NCBI GenBank assembly: GCA_051530055.1
Contig: CM121343.1
Span: forward strand, 2,140,389-2,204,388
DNA: 64,000 nucleotides
Origin: Neoechinorhynchus agilis
Lineage: Eukaryota > Animalia > Acanthocephala
Direction of reading: 5' to 3'
Below the pieces are notes generated by a model. It saw only the letters and a list, made by a program, of their open reading frames with translations, was not told where the DNA came from and made no database searches. This document shows, in pieces, positions 24,783-35,419 of the stretch (the stretch's first letter is position 1; each line of letters opens with the position of its first letter). The position numbers and the translations under genes were made by a program.

Positions 24783-27253
24783 TTGTTTTTAAATGTGCTA
24801 AAAAAATTAAAGCTCTCGTTCCAAGAAGTCGGCCCGAGAAATGCAAATACTTTCCTCCTGTTCTACGTTTGATAAGAGAATCCTCGTATATATTTGGAAC
24901 AACAACAACAACTATGGATTTATCTGGATGATGAAAGTGGTGTTTGATCGTTCTGCGGCTGTAGTGACGCTTGTAATGTCTCTAAGACTGCGGTAATATC
25001 TTGCCTATTTTGCGAGAAAGTCCTCCTTGCACGGTAGCTTCGCACACAATTGAGGATGTTTATCTTCCTCCGAAGGGATACGACAAAAGTGCAAAAACGT
25101 GTATCCATCACACGTGCTACGAGCTGAGTAGATTATGAGATATTCTATCCGACTCCTGATTAATCATTAACACGTTTCTGCTTCCATAAAGTATACCATT
25201 CTATAATCTCATGAAAATGGGAAGTCATTTCACACTCAAAATTTAATCATATAAAAAAATACAATTATTTTTTTTAGAATCAAACAATGCGGAACCAACA
25301 GAAACATAAAATAAGCGCGCGCGTGCGCCTTAAACGCGTTGTGATTGGCTGAAATTCAACCAACATTTTTTTGACATGAATCTTACATTCGCGATTTAAT
25401 TTTTTTGTGCGTCATTGTGTTCAAAAAGATGACTTGCAAAGATTATTCTTAGTAAATTACTAAGAAGCAATAAATCCTTTTAAGGCGTATCATCAGAATG
25501 GTATTCAGAATACGACAAGGTTTCCATTTTTTCCAGCTGTCATTCACAACATGGAAAGAAAAAAATGCGGAAAATGCCTTTTGCAGTTCTTTTTCTGCAC
25601 AAAGATCAGTTAATAGCTGTGGATGCGAAAACGCGTCAATTCCTTGATGCTAAGAATGAAGCTCTTTTCACATGCACGTCTACCTTTTTTTTGTGGTTTT
25701 GTACTGCTGAATGGGTAAGATAGGAAGCGCAGATTATTTTTAGGAATTGAGGAACACGTTAGAGGAATCGAAAATGGTAGTAGTACACGCGTATTATACG
25801 TCTTCTTTCCTTCTTGTTATAAAAATGGCAATGGTGGCTGTTGCAATATTTGCTTTCGAGAGAAGAAATGAGAAGCTTCTTATGTCTCATATATTTCTCG
25901 CTAGAGTTTTCTTATACTCCGTTCTTGTTCTAAAACACATTGATTTTTCCAAAGTCGGTCTCTCATACAAACCTTCTCGACCTATCACGATTTCGTGTTG
26001 CTTAGCAACCATATTCCAATCTTCACTTCCATCGCCTCCTCTCTCTCTCAATTTTTTATAAATAAAAACAAACAAACTAGATAACATTTTTTTAGTTGAT
26101 ACCTTGATAGACGGAAAGTATTTTCGCGTCAAATCTATGTAAAGTATGACGAGGAGAAAACAGGCAAATCCATCACGGTTAGTATCGAATTCAAACTTGG
26201 TCTTTGAAATTTTATTGGTTACATTTCCGTGCGCGCTTTAAATTTGATTCGTTCGGTGTTTTATACACAGAGGCAGGGAACAAAATGACTGGCGGTATAT
26301 AAACTTTAAAGATCCGTTCTGAATTTTAAGTCACCTATTAAAGTTTCGTATGAGATTACACCTGAGAATTGCGAGTGTCACAAAAATAGAAGATTTGATC
26401 AGAATTAAAAAAATTCTTAATAAAATTACCTGAGATATTGTGGCACCGATTCTGCGCTAGAAAGTTGTTACAAAGTGCAATTTTTCTATTATAAATTTAA
26501 ATATGATTGGCCGTGTGCATATCCATTCTTTGGTGTTTTTTAATTACTCTTAGAAAAAATTATGAAGAAAAGCACTAACCTTATGTAAGGTCATTAATAA
26601 TACTTTAATTACCTTTCGAGATCAAAGAATATTTCCGTTCTTCCGTTATACTCACAAAATACAGAAAATAGCTGCAATTGAGTTTTTGAGAGATCAGAGT
26701 TCTGTGTATTGATGCCATTCTGAAAATCCAGGATTAAAATCAAATGAAATCTTATCATGCTTTGTGGCAACGAAGTATTGACTGCAGCAGACAATGAAAA
26801 AATCATGGTTGCAAATTAGGCACCACCACCACCACCACCACCGCATAGGTTGGTATCAAAATCCAAGAGCTGAATTAGTGACTTATATGATTCGGATTAA
26901 AAAGCAAAATCCTCTTTGAGAATGCGTGCGCGCTTTTTCGTTCTACTTTTTTCGCAATCTTTTACTACTTGATATGTTGTAATTTCTGATAGAAAACGTT
27001 TTTAAAAAGGTATGACCTCAACGTCAAATGATATCTTCTAGGAGAGCTTCTACTCCTATCGAAAAAGCATATCTTTCCTTTTAAAAGTTGTACGGTCTCG
27101 CTCTCGGTTAACATAGATCAGCACAAATTTGGATCGATAGTTGACACTAACTACCAGTCCTATCCTTACAGTTCAAGAGCGAAGATCACTGGATACGGTC
27201 AATTTGATCAACATAAAACGAATTTCAATTACGAGTCGAAACTTCATTCCACA

Positions 27254-29935
27254 ATGCCAATGAGGAGTTCTTCAGTACATTGTTCACCAATGCATGGGCC
27301 GGAGGTCTGCAGACGTCGTTCCTATTCCGAAGGAGTAAATAGAACGGATGAAGTAAATAGGATTATTTCTCTAAGAAACACATTTCCAAGAAATGAATCA
27401 ACAAGCAACCCTAGCACTGATGAGCCAACCGATGGAGGATTTGTACCACTCGTGACCGTGCTCGATTTAACGTTACCCAACGAAAACCACCGAACAAAAT
27501 TTCCAAATCAATCAATCAGCGTAGACGAAGATGAAGAAACGGGCGCTGTAAGCTACGGCAAAACAAAAACAGCAATTGAACATGTTAAGACAAGTCCACC
27601 CGGACGGGATGGATTCTGCGAAATCTGTAAAAAACACTTCTGCAACAAGTACTACTTAAGGGTTTGTATCATCGTATCTTTCAAAGCCCAGTCTTTTTGT
27701 ATCCGTTTGCACCACTTAAAATCGTTTCTAATTCTCTTCTGAATTTTTTTATGTTTACAAATGTATTCAATCAATCTTCATTTCTCAAAAATTAACACAC
27801 TCACCACCTCCCGCCGAATTCCAGCTTTTGTCCTTCCTCGACCGTCGCCATCACGCTGCCAGCGAGATATTTTGTCGAAGGAATAAGCCTGCTCTTGAGT
27901 CTCCGGTTGCTTCTCTCAATTTTTTCGAGAGATCCTTGAGCAGAGAGAGTGCCGAGCTGCCGAGAGCTCCATACGTCTCTACCCCAAAGGGGACAAAATA
28001 GTGAGCCCTCGATAAGTGAAGATATTTCCGTATTTTCCTCCCATCCGCTGCACTGGCGGCACCACCGGCGATTTCGAGGGAGTAGCGGATGTTGCTGGCT
28101 GCGAGGGTATCCACACACGTGGCGTCCCAGAGAAGGCATTTGCCCTCCCGCCACGGAAAGACCGAAATTCCATCGGGCCTACGGCCGTTAAAAACTATTT
28201 ATGTTGTCGCCCAATCCGAAAGCTGCTTATAATTTGTATACTCGAAGACAAAAGTTTGGTCCAATAACGATATAATTTTTTTTGCTATTTAAAGAGCTGT
28301 AGCTATCAATAACTTTCATAAGGCACACTTTTAGAAACACAAAGCTGATGTTCATAATCTCTTTACTGATTATGCCAGAGTGAATATTACTAAAGAGTTC
28401 TCACCTACTAATCATCTAGTCAATGAATCTTCAAGTAAGCCTCTCCCTTTCTACTCACTGATAATTTCCTTTCAGAAGAAGACATTCAAGACGCCAGAAT
28501 TCAGTTAGCACCTTCTAAGGTGCAGCAGCAGCAGCAGCATTCGTACTTCGACACTTCCATTCAACATTTACAATCATTGCTTGAAACTCACGTCACACAG
28601 AATTTGTACTCCCATAATTTACTGTTCTCCGGTAACCTTGCCACTGCGATGATAAATGGGGTTGGTTTGACCGATGAAAAGTCTGTTGCTGTATCTGGTA
28701 GGAATCAAGAAGATATAGTAAATGAAGATAGTACGATGAGTGAACAGCAATCAAAGCTAACGGTTAATCATTTATGTTTTTTCTGTCAACAAACGTTTCC
28801 ATCGAATGCACATCTTGCTTCACACTTGGTCACTACTCATTCGCCCCATTTGCTCCACCAACAACGAGTCCAATCACAACCAATTCCTGCGGCACAATAC
28901 AGTTCAACGCTCAATGTAAATGATGATAGAATGGCGCAGTTGGAGATGGTACTAGGAGCAAAGCCATTTGATCATGAAACATGGACTACAGGCAATAGGC
29001 GTCCAACGGTCGGACAAGTGGCATCGAGCAAACTTTCGGAACGGGTCAAATGTGATATTTGTGGAAAGGAAGTGTGCAATAAATATTTCCTTAAAACGCA
29101 TAAGACCAAAGTCCATGGTGTAGCCGTCGAAAATTCAAATCAGAAATCAGGTACACAGGACCGAAATAAAAGTCAGGTCACAAGTTGCGGCGGAGTCGTC
29201 GATGCGTCGGATTTGCCATGCCTGAATGAAGCAGAACGCAAATCTTTAAAAGAAAGTGGAGTCGATCCGGACTCGTATTGTGTTCTGTGTATGAAATCAT
29301 TTTGTTCAAAGTATTTTTTAAGAACTCACCAACAAAATATGCACAATGTGAGACAAATGTCTTCATCAACAACGATAGCCACAAAGCGCTGGAAACTTGA
29401 TTCTGCAACGATTGCAAACGATTGTGCTAATTCGAGTGGAAGTAATGCACCGCCCAAACCAAAAAATCATTCACCGGCACAATCTCGGGTTCGTTGTTCT
29501 GTTTGTAATAAAGACCTATGCAACAAATACTTTTTGAAGTCTCATCTGCAAAACGTACACAAGATTGAAGTTAAATCTTCTGGATACATTTCAAACAATA
29601 ATTCTAATAATACCAATAACTCGGAGGTTGTTACGCAACCAGTGAATCTTACCAGTGAAACGAAACAACCAGAATCTATAACGATTCCTCAAAAGCGACA
29701 CAATGACGAAGACAAACAAGAATTTCAACCTAAGGCAATAAAAAGAGAGTGTTGTGAATTCAGCAAGATGCAACCTTTTATAATTGAAAGTGACGATCCA
29801 CTTTTTAGAGAGAAAGTCCAACGATCAATCATTTACCTACCTATGAAGTCAAGACTGCATTCTCCGGTGCATTTTAATGTTAAATTAAAACCGGTTGAGG
29901 ATGATGCGACTTTTCAATCTCATAATTGCTGTTGA
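27254..29935 (+). CDS. C2H2 zinc-finger protein with dispersed 'CNKYFL' fingers (3 exons)
   Basis: Finger CEICKKHFCNKYYLR|KHKADVH is split by intron ~27663-28335. Four further fingers lie in ORF 28520-29935 (e.g. CDICGKEVCNKYFLKTHKTKVH). Confidence 0.88.
27770..28190 (-). mobile_element. CRE-like retrotransposon 3' fragment inside a zinc-finger gene intron
   Basis: DTLAASNI...KIRKY...HYFVPFGVETYGALG...FLRQNISLA; the 3' end is shared with the copy at 37055. Confidence 0.9.
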
Positions 29936-30229
29936 AACCACGGTGTTTTTGTTGAGTGCTGTAAACCCAACGGTATGTAAAAATTCAAGAAAAAATAAAT
30001 TCGTCTAAAAGTTTTTTGCGATTCGCTGTACACCGTGCAGGATTTGAGATTTATTTAATTCCATAAGGGCGTTATATAAACTGATCATCAGTTTCGAAAC
30101 ACGAATTATTAGCATTCCTGTAAAAATTAAAATGAATAGACTTAGTAATTCCTACGTAAATAATTTTTTCATTGTTTAATAACCTTATTGGGCAAAAAAT
30201 ATTTACAAACATTTACACTACCGTGCTGG

Positions 30230-31300
30230 ATCACTCAGCTGCCGTCTTGGTGTAATGGTTGAAAGGGCGGATGCAGCGTTCCTTCGCCGGTCACAGGGGC
30301 AGACTAATGTTTTGTAGGAGGAATGCTCATGTTCTCAGATCGTCAGTGATTCGTCTCAATCTCTTAGACAATTGCTTGATTAGGTCCTGTGCCGTGGTAC
30401 CAAATGGCACGAGCGTCTCGACGCCAAAGGGACAAAATAATGATTTCGACTCAAGTCGCCGTATTTAATATTTTTGCGGTCGTCAACGGCGTTTGTTGCG
30501 CCCCCTGGTTTAATGTTGGCGAATTTTATGTTGCTGGCTGCGAGCGTGTCCGCGAACGTGGCGTCCTAGAGATGGCATTTTCCTTCTCGCCACGGGAATA
30601 CTGTGACACCGTCCGGTCTACGGCGGCCACCGAGCCGTCAAAGATTACTCGGCTCTAGGATGTTGGACGCATTCACAGTATTCAGTGCATCTTCCGCAAC
30701 GGCAGCGATTGGATGTGCACATCGGTACCCAAGTCTCAGGGACACTGCAATCCTTACTGTCTATTCGGAGAAAATGGAACCCACAGAAGCGATTTGGACA
30801 GCGTTGAGCCAAGTACCCGATTCTCTTGTAGAAACTGCAGCCAATCGAGTTCGGTTCATCAGGTCACGATAATCTGAAATTAAAGAGTTACGAATTCTCG
30901 CTACCAGAGGTGAATCCCAAACTGATTGTTTGCAACCATTAACGGGTACTTGCTCGCTGCCTGCATCTCCACACGAAAGATTAATTGCCGCCACGAAATC
31001 GTCATCCAAAGTGTAATTCTCGCCAAAAAAAGGTTGAACTATTTTCCGGCTTGCTTCATACAATCCCCAATAAGCTGGCAGAGAAATATCGACTGCTTTT
31101 CGGATACCCAAACCGCCGGAGGCTTCATCACATCCGAGCGTGGCATTATTCAGGTACCGGTTGTTAAAGTTCGACTGGAGAGAATGCGCGACGGGATTGA
31201 CTGCGAATGAGAAGGCTATTGGGCTCAAAGGATCCCTTGTTGAACTCCTCTTTCTGACCACAAAGCGTGGTTATTGAACAACAAGGGAGTTGAAATCCCA
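30230..31300 (-). mobile_element. Degenerate CRE-like retrotransposon (RT to REL region, internal deletions)
   Basis: DPLSPIAFSFAVNP, GGLGIRKAVDISLPAY, ESGTWLNAVQIASVG and a FVPFGVETL-like segment on the minus strand, with stops and frameshifts. Confidence 0.85.
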
Positions 31301-32039
31301 TAGGCATTAACGAAATAGCGAAATGCTTCTGGGGCGGGTTCTCCAACTACTTAAAGCAAATTTGCTCGGTAAACTGTGTTGAATGCATTCTTGAAATCAC
31401 ATTTCAAGATCACGCACGGCATTTGCGAATCAATGTTTTGAATGTAATTTATTCGAGAACTACCTAATCTTTAATTATAATCCGTACTTTCTTTTTGTGG
31501 TTTTGTTACCGCGGATTTAATTCACCGGATAATTCCGACATTTTCCCAAGGTTTGTCATCGTTTAGGTGTCTTATTTGCACACATCGATGATGTGGAAAT
31601 TATGAAATATCGGAAATAAATCACAGAGCTAAAATCCGGGCCCTGAAGATTATTAATCCTTAAATCTGCCCTCTAAAATTGTTTCTTGTAACTTAAATAC
31701 ATTTCTGTCAGCGACACCCGATATAATTTCAACATATTGAAAAACTTTGGCATATTCAACTTTCCTCTGGTCGTAATTTCTGATTTCCGCGAGAGTAAAA
31801 ACCCAAGCAAGGCCTTTCTTAACTTCTCTGGAAACTTTAATATATGAACAAATTCAAAGCTTGGCTCCAATGAAATATCCGACCAAGACGTTCATAATAA
31901 CACGTATATTTGTTTGTTAGATAACAAGAATTGAACCCACTTAATTTTTGGTCCCTTTGTGGCATTGGTTTTTATGAAGATAGGGTAATCGTTATTTGAG
32001 CGATAAACAATATTGGATTTAAACTATGGAATGCGTATT

Positions 32040-32220
32040 TGGTGAGGACGGAGGAAGTCCGTTCGGTTGGGAATATCCGGTCAAGTTTTTAAGGTCCGTT
32101 CTGGTGGGAATTGGTGTTTATTATTTGCAGGAGTGATTGTAAAGGTTGGTCTTTCCTTAGAATCATTTCAGGTTATGATATCCGAGAAGACTGGACAGCA
32201 TGGAAAAAGGAGCGGAGGAC
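32040..32220 (-). mobile_element. Solo 3' fragment of the CR1/L2-like LINE seen at 48130-50880
   Basis: aaggttggtctttcct(t/c)agaatcatttc(a/g)ggttatgatatccgagaaga matches ~48298-48350. Confidence 0.8.
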
Positions 32221-32366
32221 CGAAATTATTTTAAAAGGTGTATTTGCCCTGAGCAGCTTGGTACAAGGGACTTTGTGTACAAATTCATAGTGGAATTTCT
32301 CTATTATTCTAAAAACTTTTTCTTGTTCAACAAACCAATAACGTTGTTTAGGTCACCTGTCGACCC

Positions 32367-32480
32367 GATTGAATCAGTCGTGTTATCAATTCAATTGTTT
32401 AAGTGTCTTATTCGCAAAAGGGCCTTCAAGTGCGAACAAAATACTTAAACAATTGAATCGATATAATGACTGATTCAATC
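32367..32480. repeat. Inverted repeat, ~50-bp arms, 14-nt loop
   Basis: gattgaatcagtc...attcaattgtttaagt...ttcgca pairs with tgcgaa...acttaaacaattgaat...gactgattcaatc. Confidence 0.85.
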
Positions 32481-33900
32481 AGTTCAAGTATTTATACATT
32501 TGTCTTGAAACAACATCATTTATCAGCAAGGGAACAGAGGAACATCTTTATTTTCCATTGCCTCGAGAATCTAGCATTCCCTTTCTGAAAAAAATAGTTG
32601 GCTACACGAGGTGTTGACCATTTTCCAAGGTTAAAAAATCTGAGGCGCTTAGTTCGACTGCGAGAGGTTGAAAAAATTGCACATCAACCGATTGAACTCT
32701 CAACATTTCAAATTATCTTTGATATCCGATGTTTAATGCTTTTAAAATAGATTTAAATATCGATTTTTTTATAAAAAAACTTATTTTTTCTAGGTTTTAC
32801 AATAATAAAGCACAAAACGTGCAATCACCACCGTCCGCAAAATTGAATATCGATTTGGCCAGCATAACAAAAATCACGGATGAGGATAATCAAGACGACT
32901 TTTGTTTCGTTTTTAATTGACGATCGATACGTGTAGTTAGATTTTAAGCTTTTCCTGCAAATTCTATAATTTTTAAAAATTTTCCCTCAAAAAATTGGTC
33001 GTAACTATGAAAATAGTTCATTCTTTACCTGCATATTTTATTCTATTAACTAAACTGATCATAAAACCCTATTAATCGACGAGCAGAAATGTCAGAAAAA
33101 CGTGCTTAGTTGATTTATTCTCAGTTTCCGGAAATTGTTCATCGCACAAAATCATTAGCAACAAGGTGCGAAACGGAAATAGAAACTTCTTCGAACTCAA
33201 GTGTACGACTAAATTTTAACACACCGCCCCTGGATTTTGGTTAGGGAAGCATTGGTCTGCACTACGTACGGTTAAGAGTTCGTACATCTCTCCGGATCCT
33301 CAGATACCTCCTGGAAACGAAACTCATTAGTGAGTTTACTCCCTTCAGCGGACCTTCGATCTTAGGCAGTGACGGAAGTCAATTCTTCCCGCTTTGGCTG
33401 TACGCAAGTCGAAAAACGAATGCGATTTTTTTTACTTGCGTATGATGCGATTATATCCTGGAAGATAAATTTACCCGGGATAACCTCTTTCGGATCGTTG
33501 GTCCGAGTACGCTCAGTAAAAATTGAAATTCTTCAATGATCGGTTTGGCCGTAGAACAGTGAAAAATTGAAATTGTGACATATGACGTAATGTAGAATAC
33601 GGAAGAATTTCAATTAAGTTCATCTGTGGCATTAGTTGAATGACGCATTTCATTGAAGTTTGATTTGGAAATACCTTTAGAGTGAGTATTTCCACTATTT
33701 CTATGACGCTATCGTGTGTATTTTCTACAGGATTGCAATTGCTTTTAATTTGCATTTACGCTGTTTTTTAGTATTATCAATTATATGTGTTTGTCGGTGA
33801 AAAGAAAAATAGATTTTGATTTGTAGTGATGTTCATCACTTATTTTTTATAGTTAATTATAATAATTAAATGAGCTTACTGTTTGTATTTTCCTTAGCAA

Positions 33901-33940
33901 ACAACCTGAAGAAGTCCGACGAGACGGACGAAATATTGAG
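33901..33940 (+). ncRNA. Minimal type I hammerhead ribozyme motif (weak stem I)
   Basis: CUGAAGA-A-GUCCG-acgaga-CGGAC-GAAA-UA-UU. Confidence 0.6.
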
Positions 33941-34062
33941 AACAATATCTTTTTTATAACGAATTATCAAATGATTGATTTATTTGATAATTTCTTTGCC
34001 TTCTTCAGTAAAATCCATGAGTATTGGAAGTGGGGGAAAATTATATATCCTATAATCACTTT

Positions 34063-34107
34063 AATTGAAATATTTCGTCCAATCTTATTGGACTTCTTCA
34101 GTCAATT
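34063..34107 (-). ncRNA. Minimal type I hammerhead ribozyme
   Basis: AAUUGA-CUGAAGA-A-GUCCAAU-aag-AUUGGAC-GAAA-UA-UU-UCAAUU: perfect 6-bp stem I and 7-bp stem II. Confidence 0.85.
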
Positions 34108-34139
34108 ATTGTTTTCGGAGAAAAATTCTTGAAAACAAT

Positions 34140-34184
34140 AATTGACTGAAGAAGTCCAATGTGATTGGACGAAATATTTCAATT
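34140..34184 (+). ncRNA. Minimal type I hammerhead ribozyme
   Basis: AAUUGA-CUGAAGA-A-GUCCAAU-gug-AUUGGAC-GAAA-UA-UU-UCAAUU; differs from its inverted twin only in the stem II loop. Confidence 0.85.
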
Positions 34185-34262
34185 AAGCAACAGACTGAAG
34201 AAGGCAAAGAAATTATCAAATAAATCAATTATTTGATAATTCGTTATAAAAAAGATATTGTT

Positions 34263-34302
34263 CTCAATATTTCGTTCGTCTCGCCGGACTTCTTCAGGTT
34301 GT
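34263..34302 (-). ncRNA. Hammerhead ribozyme motif with one stem II mismatch
   Basis: CUGAAGA-A-GUCCG-gcgaga-CGAAC-GAAA-UA-UU. Confidence 0.5.
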
Positions 34303-34396
34303 TTGCTAAGGAAAATACAAACAGTAAGCTTTGTGAGTGGAAGAAAGTCATTTTAATGACGTTATCTTTACGCAATGACATTTTATTAATTAGAAG

Positions 34397-35128
34397 ATGC
34401 CCCCGGACCCATTGACTTCTGATCAAGATGATGTATATTGTAAAAATGAACTCATAGTTGCTACGGAATACGTTGGGAAACAACTTGGAAGATTATTGGA
34501 CGCTAAAAATGAGATAGATCGCCTTACCAACTCATATTATCAACAAATGGAAAGTTACATCAATAATTTAAAGACAGTTTATTGCTATGTGTCGTTTGAG
34601 TCCAGCTTAATAATCAATGCGACTATTCTCGAACAATTGAACGTTTCATGCGATCATTTGAACGATACACGGTATTTAGGTGCTATTCGTGATTGATTTT
34701 GACGAGGTTTTGAAGTTCGAAGACGTTGGAGCAAATCGAAAAAATCAATGATTGTGCGAACGCCATTATTTTGTGTATTGAGGCGTTCAATAAAACCAAT
34801 TTGGAACTCAACGACAATTTACTAAAGCAGTGTCCTCGGCCACCGTATGCGTCCTTTGCCAATATTAGTGAAGCAGTATCGGAAATCAGTAAATCGTCAA
34901 TGCTTTTGGGTACGTATATCCTTTTTCGAATCTTAGTGCTAAAAATATCCTTTTTAACTGAAAGGTATTTTGCTTATTGATATCAAGTTTGACGATTGGT
35001 TCAAATGGTCTCAGTATGCCAATCAATTGGAACAATTGATTACTATTCGCAAATCCATCGATTTAAGCCAGTCATTGTTGGTTGCAGACAGCACTGTGCG
35101 CCACATATCTACGAGCCTTGAGAATTAG
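34397..35128 (+). CDS. Hypothetical helical/coiled-coil protein, ~3 exons
   Basis: Consecutive ORF segments (34397-34676, ~34720-34909, ~34965-35128) separated by ~50-nt GT..AG gaps; family not recognised. Confidence 0.55.
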
Positions 35129-35419
35129 CAATTATAAGGCTTGCTTTTGTCTGATTGAACACCGATCGGGGACTTGAGTGTGGGAATCAGTTTAACCCAG
35201 AAATTTGAGCGCACTTCTTCTACTGACTTATTTGTCAATCACTGAATAAAACGAAAAACCAACAAATTGTGGACATATTTCAGGAATAATACACATCGAT
35301 CAAATTTGCATTCATGAGACAAAAATTCTATATTGGCTTGTATTTTTCTAAGATCAATAAAAACCGTTTTCCATCCTTAGTGGTTCTTTTTCGAATTAGT
35401 CTTATCTTATCTTTACTAG

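Larger units (their letters stand above)
33873..34330. mobile_element. Nested fold-back element built from hammerhead ribozyme motifs
   Basis: Outer inverted arms 33873-34009 / 34194-34330 enclose an inner palindrome at 34061-34186. There are four CTGAAGA...GAAATATT cores, two per strand. Confidence 0.9.

Noticed and set aside
24920-25111. 63-aa minus-strand ORF upstream of the PDZ gene
   Set aside because: The PDZ gene has its own ATG at 24782; this ORF has no recognisable domain or convincing splice link.
30243-30300. tRNA-like start (gccgtcttggtgtaatggtt)
   Set aside because: No anticodon arm, T-loop or acceptor complement follows; it is the antisense of the CRE-like element's C-terminal coding sequence.
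33060-33755. Possible minus-strand gene left of the HHR palindrome
   Set aside because: Only one 80-aa ORF and fragmented frames; no family motif or consistent exon chain could be built.
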